64,000 bases of DNA, taken from positions 1,932 to 65,931 of the forward strand of contig CALFZE010000104.1 of the NCBI GenBank assembly GCA_937952285.1, given 5' to 3'. This DNA is from an uncultured Bacteriovoracaceae bacterium. Its GTDB lineage: Bacteria; Bdellovibrionota; UBA2428. Position numbers and translations under genes: made by a program. Under the pieces are notes generated by a model. The model was not told the origin of the DNA. It saw only the letters and a program-made list of their open reading frames with translations, and did not search any database. Shown piece after piece: positions 21,071 through 29,711 of the stretch (its first letter is position 1; every line of letters begins with the position of its first letter).

Positions 21071-22355
21071 TCTCGGCCGTGTCCGCGATCAGGCTTCGAT
21101 GGAAGGCCGCGACCTGCGGATCGGCAAAAATCGATTTTGCGTCCCAGCCGTCGACCGTAAGGTGCTCCGAACTGCGCACGCGGCTAAGCGCGACGTAGGC
21201 TTGGCCCGGCTCCCAAAGCTGCTTGAGTGAAACGATCGCGCGATCGATGGTCGCGCCCTGCGCTTTGTGGATCGTCACGGCGTAGGCCAAGTTCAGCGGC
21301 AAGTTGCGGGCCGCCGCGCGCTCGTTACCCTCGGCATCGAGGATAGAGAACCGCGTCGCTTCGATCTGCGCTTGCTGCCCGTTCATGAGCTCGACGTCCA
21401 CGCTCGTCGCGTTCATCTCGCGCACGAAACCGAGGCTGCCGTTCACCCAACGCCCACGCGGGTCATTCTGGCGGATCATGACGAGGGCCCCGAGCTTGAG
21501 TTCCAGGACTTCGGGCACCGGGGCCTGGGCGACCAGAGTCGCGCGCAGGCGTTCGTCGCCGGAGTAGCTCGTTTCGTAAGTTCGCGGGGTACCCGTCAGC
21601 TTATCGAGGCGGCGGCGGTTGATGGCATCGACGTCGGCCTTCTTGGCGTAAAGGGCCGTCGCCTCGGAGATCTCGTCGCCGGGATTCTTGGAGCGCCACT
21701 CGAGCAGATTACAGACGCGTTCGCTCGCGTGACCGACGCGCACGTCGGCCAGGAACTCGCAGTAGTCCACGTCGCCCTTGGCGCGCATCATTTCGGTCAG
21801 GTGCACCGAGCGGAACTCCGTCGCGGCCCAAGCTTTCGAGAGGAAGGCCCAGTCGCGTTGGCGCGAATCGCGCGAGACCGGCGGCAGCTGCGCGAAGTCC
21901 CCCACGGCCACGACCTTTAATCCGCCCCAGGGGCGAGGATCGTCCCGCACGAGCGAGGCGATGCGCTCGGCCACCGCGAAGGCGAGGCCCGGAATCATGG
22001 AAACCTCGTCGAGCACGAAGCCTTGCGCCTTCTTGAGACGCCGCACGACCCGACGGTCTTTGAGCGCGCGATCCACCGCCGCGTGCGGGCCGCCTTCGAG
22101 GATGCCCAGGCCAAAGAAGCTATGGAAGGTACGCCCGCCCACGAGCACCGCGGCCGCGCCCGTGCTCGCGAGCACGGGAAACTTGAGCGCGTCGAGCCGC
22201 CGCAAGTAAGCCCGCAAAAGATGACTCTTGCCCGTGCCCGCGCCACCGGTGATGAAGACGTTACCGTCTTCGGCGAGGTAACGGAGCGCGAGCGATTGCC
22301 CCTCGTTCAGATCACGATTGAGGGTCGCAAGCAGTTCCGGAAGGAGTGAGGTCAT
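21066..22355 (-). CDS. Pif1-family SF1B DNA helicase
   Basis: FITGGAGTGKS, TLHSF-like TFHSFFG, DEVSM, PWGG..VVAVGDFAQLPPV, LAYAVTIHKAQG and GQAYVALSR. Confidence 0.93.
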   Translation of the reverse strand: MTSLLPELLATLNRDLNEGQSLALRYLAEDGNVFITGGAGTGKSHLLRAYLRRLDALKFPVLASTGAAAVLVGGRTFHSFFGLGILEGGPHAAVDRALKDRRVVRRLKKAQGFVLDEVSMIPGLAFAVAERIASLVRDDPRPWGGLKVVAVGDFAQLPPVSRDSRQRDWAFLSKAWAATEFRSVHLTEMMRAKGDVDYCEFLADVRVGHASERVCNLLEWRSKNPGDEISEATALYAKKADVDAINRRRLDKLTGTPRTYETSYSGDERLRATLVAQAPVPEVLELKLGALVMIRQNDPRGRWVNGSLGFVREMNATSVDVELMNGQQAQIEATRFSILDAEGNERAAARNLPLNLAYAVTIHKAQGATIDRAIVSLKQLWEPGQAYVALSRVRSSEHLTVDGWDAKSIFADPQVAAFHRSLIADTAET

Positions 22356-22603
22356 CCGCGGCGCTTCGCGATCCAGCCGCGGACTTCTTCGACGCCGCGT
22401 AGGAGCGTGCCGTCTTTCAGCTTCAACGCGGGGGGCGTGTCGCCACCGCTTAGAAGGCGAAGCTCGGCAAGCGCCGTTTCGCTCACGTCGATGTTTCGGA
22501 AATCGACTTCGTCCCGGATGCCGGCGTCCACGATGAGCTTGCGAACTTCGGCCGAAGCCACGTCCGCGAGGCGATGAAAGAGTTCATGACGAGCGTCCGA
22601 CAT
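22352..22603 (-). CDS. Small glutaredoxin-like-fold protein lacking CxxC
   Basis: 84 codons from ATG 22603. ELFHR...FRNID....TPPAL....LLRG pattern resembles Grx-fold proteins. 4-nt overlap with pif1. Confidence 0.55.
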   Translation of the reverse strand: MSDARHELFHRLADVASAEVRKLIVDAGIRDEVDFRNIDVSETALAELRLLSGGDTPPALKLKDGTLLRGVEEVRGWIAKRRG

Positions 22604-22681
22604 AGGCCTCCAACCTGCCACTCCCCGCCGGGCGAGCCAAGGCCCCCACGGATCGAGGCGCGCTTCCTGCATCTTGGTTAG

Positions 22682-22849
22682 TTATAACGAGATCAGATTA
22701 CGCTTGGGCGCGTTGGCGCTTTCGCCTGGAAAACGCCGTCTTCGCCTCATTTGACTCAAGAGTTTCACGACTTTCGCCGTTAAGAGCCCTAGTTCCGCTA
22801 GGGCTCTTAGGACTTGCAAGATCTGCAGCGCTAACTGCGGGTCTAGCAT
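22682..22849 (-). CDS. 55-aa Leu-rich peptide with basic patch, copy A (putative type I toxin-like)
   Basis: AGGAGG lies 5 nt before the ATG. Translation: MLDPQLALQILQVLRALAELGLLTAKVVKLLSQMRRRRRFPGESANAPKRNLISL. Paralogous to 62137-62277, with synonymous codon changes. Confidence 0.7.
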   Translation of the reverse strand: MLDPQLALQILQVLRALAELGLLTAKVVKLLSQMRRRRRFPGESANAPKRNLISL

Positions 22850-22874
22850 CAGGACCTCCTCCCGGAGGACCTTC

Positions 22875-22924
22875 CTTGGGCCGACCTCAATCCGTGAGGG
22901 TTAAGGTCGGCCCAAGCAGTTTTT
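22875..22924 (+). terminator. Terminator-like hairpin on the strand antisense to peptide A, just upstream of wzm
   Basis: 13-bp perfect stem CTTGGGCCGACCT/AGGTCGGCCCAAG followed by CAGTTTTT. Confidence 0.55.
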
Positions 22925-22968
22925 AGGGCGCTTTGACCCCCGCCCTTCCAGGGATTATTTCCTACCGC

Positions 22969-23826
22969 GTGAATCCGGAATCCACGGCCGCCGCCGAACC
23001 CGTCGTCCATATTCGCGCCGATCGCGGGAACTGGGACTTCCACAATCTCGTCCGTGCCCCCATCCAGGAACTCGTTCAGTTCAAAGAGCTTATCCGGAAT
23101 ACCGTCGTTCGCGACATCAAGGTCCGTTACAAGCGCTCCGTCCTTGGGATCGCCTGGACGATCATCGCGCCGCTCATGCAAATGATCGTCATGTGGACGG
23201 TCTTCACGAAGGCCTTCCAGGTCTCGATGCCGAACTACGCCCTCTATCTCTTCAGCGGCATCATCACCTGGAACCTCTTCTCGCAGTCTTCCGTGGCGGG
23301 CGGCGCCTCGATCCTGGGCGCGGCCGGGCTCATCACCAAGATCAAGCTCCCCCGCGTGCTCTTCCCGCTCACCGCGGTCATCAATAACCTGGTGAACTTC
23401 AGTTTCGCCTTCGCCGCCCTGCTTCTGCTGATGGTCGTCACGCGCGCGCCCTTCCATTGGACGATGCTGAGCGTCCCCTTCATGCTGCTGCCGCTCATTC
23501 TCTTCTGTATGGGCTGGGCGATGCTCGTTTCGGCGCTTTCCGTGTTTTTCCGCGACCTGCAGTACATCCTTGAGATCGCGCTCGGCGCGCTCTTCTACGC
23601 GACGCCCATCTTCTGGGATCCCACGGCCCTGCCCGCGAAATGGCATTGGGTCGCGTCGGTCAACCCGCTCGCCAAGTACGTCTTCATGATGAAGGCCAGC
23701 ATCTACCACGGGGTCCTGCCGAACTTTTCGACCTATGCCATCGCGACCTTCACCGGCCTGGCGATGTTTGTGATCGGCTGGATCGTTTTCCAACGCCTTC
23801 AACGCAAATTCATCTACTGGATCTAG
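22969..23826 (+). CDS. wzm: Polysaccharide ABC transporter permease
   Basis: RDIKVRYKRSVLGIAW, FFRDL..I, FYATPIFW and NPL. Six hydrophobic segments. The start (GTG 22969 or TTG 22933) is uncertain. Confidence 0.95.
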   Translation: MNPESTAAAEPVVHIRADRGNWDFHNLVRAPIQELVQFKELIRNTVVRDIKVRYKRSVLGIAWTIIAPLMQMIVMWTVFTKAFQVSMPNYALYLFSGIITWNLFSQSSVAGGASILGAAGLITKIKLPRVLFPLTAVINNLVNFSFAFAALLLLMVVTRAPFHWTMLSVPFMLLPLILFCMGWAMLVSALSVFFRDLQYILEIALGALFYATPIFWDPTALPAKWHWVASVNPLAKYVFMMKASIYHGVLPNFSTYAIATFTGLAMFVIGWIVFQRLQRKFIYWI

Positions 23827-23829
23827 ACG

Positions 23830-24585
23830 ATGGCGACTTCTTCTTTGCTCACCACCCCGGCCGTCGAGCTCAAAGGCGTCGGCGTTCGCTACCAACTCAA
23901 TCTCGAGAAGGTCTTTTCTCTTAAGGAACTCCTCGTCTCGAAAGCGACCAGACTAGGTCGTCAACTCCGGGGTAGAGAGCAACAAAAAACCCGGCGAACG
24001 GCTGACGATTTTTGGGCCATCCGAGATATCTCCTTCTCCGTTCCCCGCGGCGTATGTATCGGCCTTACCGGACGTAATGGTTCGGGCAAATCGACTACAC
24101 TGAAAGTCATTTCCGGCGTACTGCACCCCACCGAAGGTGAACTTTGGGTACGAGGGCGCGTCTCGGCACTTATTGAACTAGGCGCGGGTTTCAACCCTGA
24201 TCTCACAGGCCGCGAAAATATCTACTTCGGCGCTTCCGTTTCGGGCCTATCTCGCGCCGAAACGGCCAAGCGCATCGATCGCATCGTGGATTTCGCCGAA
24301 CTCCGCGACTTCATCGACATGCCAGTTCGTAACTACAGCTCGGGCATGTACGCACGACTTGGTTTCGCGCTCGCGACGGACGTCGATCCAGATCTGCTTA
24401 TCGTCGACGAGGTTCTCTCCGTCGGCGACGCCCCCTTCCAGCAAAAATGTAAAGATCGCATGGAAAGTTTCAAAAAACGCAACAAGACGATCCTATTCGT
24501 AAGCCACGATCCACAAGCCATCCAAGATTTCTGCGATACTACGATTGAACTCAAGGACGGGCGCATCAACTCTCCAAACCCGTGA
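23830..24585 (+). CDS. wzt: Polysaccharide ABC transporter ATPase (no C-terminal CBM)
   Basis: GRNGSGKST, GFNPDLTGRENI, YSSGM.ARLGF, DEVLSVGD..FQQK and FVSHD. Confidence 0.96.
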   Translation: MATSSLLTTPAVELKGVGVRYQLNLEKVFSLKELLVSKATRLGRQLRGREQQKTRRTADDFWAIRDISFSVPRGVCIGLTGRNGSGKSTTLKVISGVLHPTEGELWVRGRVSALIELGAGFNPDLTGRENIYFGASVSGLSRAETAKRIDRIVDFAELRDFIDMPVRNYSSGMYARLGFALATDVDPDLLIVDEVLSVGDAPFQQKCKDRMESFKKRNKTILFVSHDPQAIQDFCDTTIELKDGRINSPNP

Positions 24586-24597
24586 TAAGAATCAAGA

Positions 24598-26007
24598 GTG
24601 AGTCGCACCTCCCTCATTTTCATCTGGCTTGCTTTCGCTGCGTGGCTGACCATTCTCGTCGCAAAGTCGATCCCGTTACCCGTCGCCCCCGGCACCGATT
24701 TCTGGTCCCTCTCTGCCTCGGAGATTCTCGCACAAGCCGGATACTCAGATTACGGTAGCTACATTAAATACGCTCGTATTCTCGCGAGCGGAGCACTGAA
24801 CAGCCCCCACGAAGATGCGTGGGTCACGAACATCTGGCCTCCGGCCTTTCCCTTGGTGATCGCCTTTCTCTTAAAGACAGCCGGTGAAGCAAGCTACGGA
24901 TTCAAACTGGGTATCTTGACCGTACTCGCCTGGGCCACCGTCCTGACCCATTTCCTCAAGAACGTCCCCTTCCTCAGATCCACTTGGGCACGTTTTCTCG
25001 TTCTTGCGTCTGTTTGCGCCTTACCCGAGTTTCGTCAATGGAGTTTCGGCACAGGTATTCTGATGACGGAATCTCTTTCGATGGCTCTCTTCGTTTTGGC
25101 GGGCGCTTTTTTCTACAAGGGAATCTCGGGTGACGGCCGCAAAGCCTATCTCATCGGAACCTTGTTTCTCGGCCTCTCCGCTAACTTCAAAGCCCTCTTG
25201 GATGGTGTCTTCGGCCTTCTTTTCCTGGCCTTGCTTGGGGGACTTGCCTTCGTTGCCCTCCTTGAGCACCGAATCATTCCACTTTGGATCGAGGAAGCCG
25301 AACGACCACGTTTTCGCGCACGTTTGCCTGACCGCATTCCTGCCATGAAAACCGTTTTTCTTTGTTTCCTTGTCCTTGGGGCCACCACGGCGCCTTGGAA
25401 GATGCGCAATTTTTTACACAATGGACCCTACGCGATGTCACCGCTTGGCCTTGATCTCAACTGGGAATACCAGTGGTCGCCAACCGATAAACTTGCAGGA
25501 TTCGTGCACGCGGGTAACACGGCCTGCGCCGTAAACCCGGCCCCTTGCCCGATCATCTACGAAAACCGCCACGCCTGGGGTCCGAAAGTACTCCGCTCGC
25601 TCGTCCTCGGTAGCCTCATGGCGAACCCCAGTGCATGGATTCGCTATCGTCTCGAACGAGTGAATTGGCTTTGGGTTGGAGTCCCTTGGCCCAAGAACTT
25701 TGAAGAGGCAAAAAGAACTTTCTTTCTATACGTTGAAGGATTTGCGTATATCGCCGCCGCCGCTTTCGGGCTCTGGCTCCTTTTGAAACATTGGCGAGCT
25801 CGAAGAGCACGATGCTTGAGCACAGAAGATCTCGAACGGCTCGGTCTTCTTTTCGCTCTTTTTTTCGGGATCCACGCGGCAAGCTTTCTAATCTTCCACT
25901 TCGAATCCCGCTATTCACTCTTTTGGCGAACTTCTTGCTTCCTGTTTTTGGCGTTCGTAGCCGCACGTAGAGCAACCCAAGAAAACGAACGATCCGTCGC
26001 AACCTGA
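24598..26007 (+). CDS. Multi-TM membrane protein, GT-C/ArnT-PMT-like
   Basis: Many TM segments, an acidic motif in the first outer loop (SDYGSY), WPPAFP, MTESLS and a C-terminal RY motif. Confidence 0.65.
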   Translation: MSRTSLIFIWLAFAAWLTILVAKSIPLPVAPGTDFWSLSASEILAQAGYSDYGSYIKYARILASGALNSPHEDAWVTNIWPPAFPLVIAFLLKTAGEASYGFKLGILTVLAWATVLTHFLKNVPFLRSTWARFLVLASVCALPEFRQWSFGTGILMTESLSMALFVLAGAFFYKGISGDGRKAYLIGTLFLGLSANFKALLDGVFGLLFLALLGGLAFVALLEHRIIPLWIEEAERPRFRARLPDRIPAMKTVFLCFLVLGATTAPWKMRNFLHNGPYAMSPLGLDLNWEYQWSPTDKLAGFVHAGNTACAVNPAPCPIIYENRHAWGPKVLRSLVLGSLMANPSAWIRYRLERVNWLWVGVPWPKNFEEAKRTFFLYVEGFAYIAAAAFGLWLLLKHWRARRARCLSTEDLERLGLLFALFFGIHAASFLIFHFESRYSLFWRTSCFLFLAFVAARRATQENERSVAT

Positions 26008-26010
26008 TGG

Positions 26011-26550
26011 TCAGCCTTTCAAGAGGTATGCCTTAAAAGCAGATGTTTTACGTTGATACGCCTCGCGCTCAGCAAAGTAAAACTGAAGATCCAAATCTTC
26101 TTGTCCTTCGGCTAGGACAAATCCAATGGACCGGTTGAACCGAATAGCTCGTGTATTCTCCTTGAGAATATGCGCCCGTAAACGCTTAAGACCGAGAACA
26201 TCAAAACCAAAATCGTACATCGCAAATGTCGCCGCCATACCAACCGGGGTATTCCACAGATCTGAACGGGCCACGTAAATACCGCCTTCTCCTTCACCCT
26301 TCTCAAAGTCACAGTCCTTAATATTTACGACGCCGACCGATTCCCCACGCCATTGGATGACGTAATAGTACTGCGTACGAAAATCGAGGGAATGAAACCA
26401 AGCGGTCTGCATCTCGGCGGAGATATGCCCCCGAAAATTCATGTAGCGGGAAACTTCAGGACTATTGCGCCATGCACGCACGGACTCAAGGTCATCGGCC
26501 CCCATGCGAGTCAAAACGACGCCATATGCTTCGATCGAAGAATGTTCCAT
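26011..26550 (-). CDS. GNAT N-acyltransferase (PseH-like)
   Basis: VRAWRNSPEVSRYM, GEGGIY, FGFDVLGLKRLRAHILKENTRAIRFN..GF. TGATG coupling to the luxC-like gene. Confidence 0.85.
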   Translation of the reverse strand: MEHSSIEAYGVVLTRMGADDLESVRAWRNSPEVSRYMNFRGHISAEMQTAWFHSLDFRTQYYYVIQWRGESVGVVNIKDCDFEKGEGEGGIYVARSDLWNTPVGMAATFAMYDFGFDVLGLKRLRAHILKENTRAIRFNRSIGFVLAEGQEDLDLQFYFAEREAYQRKTSAFKAYLLKG

Positions 26551-27728
26551 CAACCTGATCCAAAAGAGGTGCGAGTGAAAAGTTGACTCCACCATTCTTC
26601 CCCGTCCCAAACCGGACCGAAATCGTGCATCTGGGCCAGGGGAACAAACCGACTAGCTTGCGAGCGCGCGAGAGCCGCCGTGTAATGCGTATCAAAGGGG
26701 TCGCGGAGGGCATAACCGATAGTTTGCAAATTCGGAGCCGCCGTCGAAATAGCATCCTCGAGATTACCCCACTGCAGTTCAATCCCGAGATTCGACCAAG
26801 CGAAGGAAATTTTCGCCGGAGCGAGTACAAGAAGAGCCGCGTTGTTTCCCACGATCCGGCTTTCGAAGCCATTCGCACGAGCCCACTGGAGCCCGAGAAA
26901 ATTCTGACTAGCCTGGTGCTGATCGACCGTGGTCAAAGCGGCCGACTCCCAAGCCATTTCCATCTTACGCGCGAGATCAACAGCATCTTCCCGCTTTCCG
27001 CCGACTAACATGATCCGTTGGGGCGAAGTGCAACCAGCCTGGCCGTAAATGGAGAAAATCTTGACAAGCGACTCCACGGTATCCGGCCGAGATGCTTCCG
27101 ACGGCTCGATCCAGGCCTCGGATACCCGATGGGTAAAATAAAAGCCTCGGCTCGATGTCGGATGGGACAACGCCTCGATCCCCTTGGCAGCCTCATCACC
27201 TCCGAAAAGGATACGCACGTCGGACGACGACGCCATTTCTGCGTTTCGAGGATCGATCCGATCGAATACGGCAACCGAGACGCGCCCACGAAGCCATTCC
27301 GCAAGCGGGCCCGGGGAACTACGACTCGCCAAGTATTCCACAAAGGCTCCACAAAGGTCGCGACCACGGGAACCAATTTTGACCGAGAGATGAGCTCCCG
27401 TAAGCGAAATAAGTACCACAGCGAGCGGACCTAATAGGCTGACGTTATTCGGCAGCCATAGCCCCACCCGCTCCCGCGGACGGAGGAGTCCGATCGGAAT
27501 CCCCTCCCCACTTTCGGGACCGAAACTCCGATGAAAGACCTCGCTTAGATGCCCTGCTTCCAGAAAACGGATGAGATAGGCCCACTCCGTCCGGGTAAAA
27601 TCGGGGTGGCGTTCACGAATCATTTTACGGCGAACAGTTTCGTAATTCTCGAGAAGTGCATCGAGAGAAAAAGACAGCGCGATGGCGACACGACCGCCAT
27701 CGCGTCCGTAAAATCGGAGCTCAGACAT
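26550..27728 (-). CDS. LuxC-like acyl-CoA/acyl-protein reductase
   Basis: WLPNNV, ILFGGDEA, and a catalytic-Cys region YGQAGCTSPQ typical of the LuxC (ALDH-fold) family. Confidence 0.75.
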   Translation of the reverse strand: MSELRFYGRDGGRVAIALSFSLDALLENYETVRRKMIRERHPDFTRTEWAYLIRFLEAGHLSEVFHRSFGPESGEGIPIGLLRPRERVGLWLPNNVSLLGPLAVVLISLTGAHLSVKIGSRGRDLCGAFVEYLASRSSPGPLAEWLRGRVSVAVFDRIDPRNAEMASSSDVRILFGGDEAAKGIEALSHPTSSRGFYFTHRVSEAWIEPSEASRPDTVESLVKIFSIYGQAGCTSPQRIMLVGGKREDAVDLARKMEMAWESAALTTVDQHQASQNFLGLQWARANGFESRIVGNNAALLVLAPAKISFAWSNLGIELQWGNLEDAISTAAPNLQTIGYALRDPFDTHYTAALARSQASRFVPLAQMHDFGPVWDGEEWWSQLFTRTSFGSG

Positions 27729-28767
27729 TCGCGCAACCTCTCAACTCGGCCTTCGGCATGCGCCCTATGAGTTCGAAGCGACGACCGCGACGACCGCAAG
27801 GACACGGGCCCGGGATCAGTCGACCGATATCTTCGGTCAGGATGTTGTGGTACGGCGCGCCTCTCGAAATCGTGTTTATCAGCTGAAGCTGGCCGTCCCC
27901 TTCCGGAAGAGCCGCCAATGTCCACGGATCGCGCACCAGGACGTCTCCCCAAGCCGGTACGTGCCGGGCGCCAAATTCACACATGGGATAAACCATTCCG
28001 ACCTGTTCGACGAGACCATAGTAGTCCACGACTTTCGAACCGGGCGCAGCGCGAGTCAGAAGGACTCTCTCAAAATCGGCGCGATCAACTCGCGCATTCT
28101 CGAGTTTCTTCCAGCCTCCGCTATGCACAAAGGTGATCGTTCGCGTTCTTAAATCCGATTCGATATCGGCTGGCATCGTCCGATTCGCCCAAGCCATCCA
28201 AAGTGCCCAAGAGATACCATAAACGAGAAGGGGGCCCGGTTGCTTGAGAGCGCAACGAATCTGCTCTTCGTTCAGGCTCGCGGCGTCCGACGCATCCTTG
28301 AGGACAAAAAAAATCTCCGTCGCGAAAGGCTTCAGCGACATAGCCGCCAAAACGCGAGCCGAAAGCCCTTCGCGGCTCCGTAGGGAAGCGACGCCGTCTA
28401 GTACGAGGAGAGGCCGGGTTTCGCGGCCCACAAAGTCCTCCAGAATCCGAAGCGAACTCAACGACTGCAGCCGCGAGCTTTCTTCGTCGAGGGTGATCTC
28501 GCTCGCGACTCCCGAAGTCGAAGACGAACGAACGATACGACCGTGCACGATACCTTCGCCCTTCGTGATCAAACGCAGACGCTTAAAAAGACCCACGTGA
28601 AGGAAAGGCGCCTCTTCTACACTCGAAATTCTTGGAACTTTGCCGAGGATGGATGCGTAGGCAGGACAGCCACGGAAGTGCAGTTCATTCAATTCCGTGA
28701 GCCGATCCAAGAAGGCGCGCTCGTCGCGTTCCCCGTAAACTACCGTATCCGAAACCCAGGAAGACAT
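27721..28767 (-). CDS. LuxE-like acyl-protein synthetase
   Basis: SSSTSG loop, HSGGWKK, DYYGLVEQ, ILTEDIG, CPCGRRG and C-terminal ELRGC. Confidence 0.88.
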   Translation of the reverse strand: MSSWVSDTVVYGERDERAFLDRLTELNELHFRGCPAYASILGKVPRISSVEEAPFLHVGLFKRLRLITKGEGIVHGRIVRSSSTSGVASEITLDEESSRLQSLSSLRILEDFVGRETRPLLVLDGVASLRSREGLSARVLAAMSLKPFATEIFFVLKDASDAASLNEEQIRCALKQPGPLLVYGISWALWMAWANRTMPADIESDLRTRTITFVHSGGWKKLENARVDRADFERVLLTRAAPGSKVVDYYGLVEQVGMVYPMCEFGARHVPAWGDVLVRDPWTLAALPEGDGQLQLINTISRGAPYHNILTEDIGRLIPGPCPCGRRGRRFELIGRMPKAELRGCANV

Positions 28768-29711
28768 CAGGTCTCGCCTTCCTCGGGCAAGAACGTCCGA
28801 AAGAAGTCCAGTGAATCCGCCCGTACGAGGGCACAGTTAATTCGCGCCAGGGGCTGACGAAGAATAAGGGACCAGCTGGACTCAATCGTCGGCATCCAAC
28901 GGCGATAGTCGGCTTCGTCGAAAAAACGCCTCAGCATGGCCCGGCAGTCGCCGAGCGGAATCCCATGCTTCCGGAAAAGGTCGTCTACTTTAGATCCGCG
29001 GGATCGATTGTAATCAAAAACAGGCAAAAGGAGTGTCGAGCAGAGCCGTGCGTGGCCCACGGATTCCTTCGCATCACGCTTCAGAGTGGGTTCAATCTGG
29101 TGGGCGATCGCATGTATAAGTCCGACGCCCGAGCGAGATTGCAAAGAGCAAGCCTTTGCGGAAGCCTCGAACCAGGCAAAATCGCCGGTTCCCGGTTCAA
29201 GAGGGAGAAGAACGTCTCGAATAAAAGAGGCCATTTCTTCTCTCAACGCATCATTTGAGAGCGGAGACAGGAACCCTTCGAGAGCGTGAGACCATGCGTC
29301 ACCAGCGCCCCACAACGCCGCCTCCGGCGGAATCAGCTCGGTCAACTCACGCGAGTAGGCCCGAGCATCGGGCAGAAAATCCGGCCCCATCTTGATGACT
29401 TTTACGTCGCCCTCGTTGAGAACCGCAATCGGAGAATTCTCGGCCCCGCTTCCCCAAAGGGAAGGCACGACGACCATCCAAGTATCCGGGCTAAGCTCTC
29501 GGCGCCAGACTTTAGCTCGATCAATCAAAGACCCGCCTCCGACCACAACTAGGCGAGCTAAACCCGAACGAGGAGTCTCGATCGAAGCGACAACTTCGAA
29601 AGGCAGACGAGCCGAAACGAACGCGACTAGCGACCTGGACGTCCAACAAACCGTGCCTTCCTTTGGAAGATCCGTGAGGGTGGCCCAGTCGACAATCGGC
29701 GACTCATTCAT
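28767..29711 (-). CDS. Iron-containing alcohol dehydrogenase family protein
   Basis: VGGGSLIDRAK, PSLWGSGAE, and metal ligands in DAWSHALE, GLIHAIAH and GHARLC. Confidence 0.85.
   Translation of the reverse strand: MNESPIVDWATLTDLPKEGTVCWTSRSLVAFVSARLPFEVVASIETPRSGLARLVVVGGGSLIDRAKVWRRELSPDTWMVVVPSLWGSGAENSPIAVLNEGDVKVIKMGPDFLPDARAYSRELTELIPPEAALWGAGDAWSHALEGFLSPLSNDALREEMASFIRDVLLPLEPGTGDFAWFEASAKACSLQSRSGVGLIHAIAHQIEPTLKRDAKESVGHARLCSTLLLPVFDYNRSRGSKVDDLFRKHGIPLGDCRAMLRRFFDEADYRRWMPTIESSWSLILRQPLARINCALVRADSLDFFRTFLPEEGET

Larger units (their letters stand above)
22682..22924 (-). repeat. Dispersed structured element, copy A
   Basis: Shares blocks TGCTTGGGCCGA, CACGGA, TCGGCCCAAGGAAGG, AGGAGGTCCT, GCAGTTAGC, TGCAAGT, CGGCGAAAG and CTCTTGAGTC, in the same order, with 62063-62277. 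Confidence 0.9.

Noticed and set aside
21066-22355. Pif1 helicase as an anti-phage defence system
   Set aside because: It is a stand-alone core helicase with no nuclease or effector domain and no defence neighbours.
22751-22790. TTGACT as the -35 of an antisense RNA promoter in element A
   Set aside because: No -10 at 16-18 nt spacing, and the hexamer is not conserved in copy B.
22682-22924. Element A/B as a MITE, REP or IS remnant
   Set aside because: No terminal inverted repeats enclosing the element, no target-site duplication and no transposase. Synonymous changes and the SD point to a coding or regulatory unit.
26550-28767. luxC/luxE as a bioluminescence operon
   Set aside because: No luxA/luxB/luxD. 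The ACP, ADH, GNAT and glycosyltransferase context points to glycan acylation.
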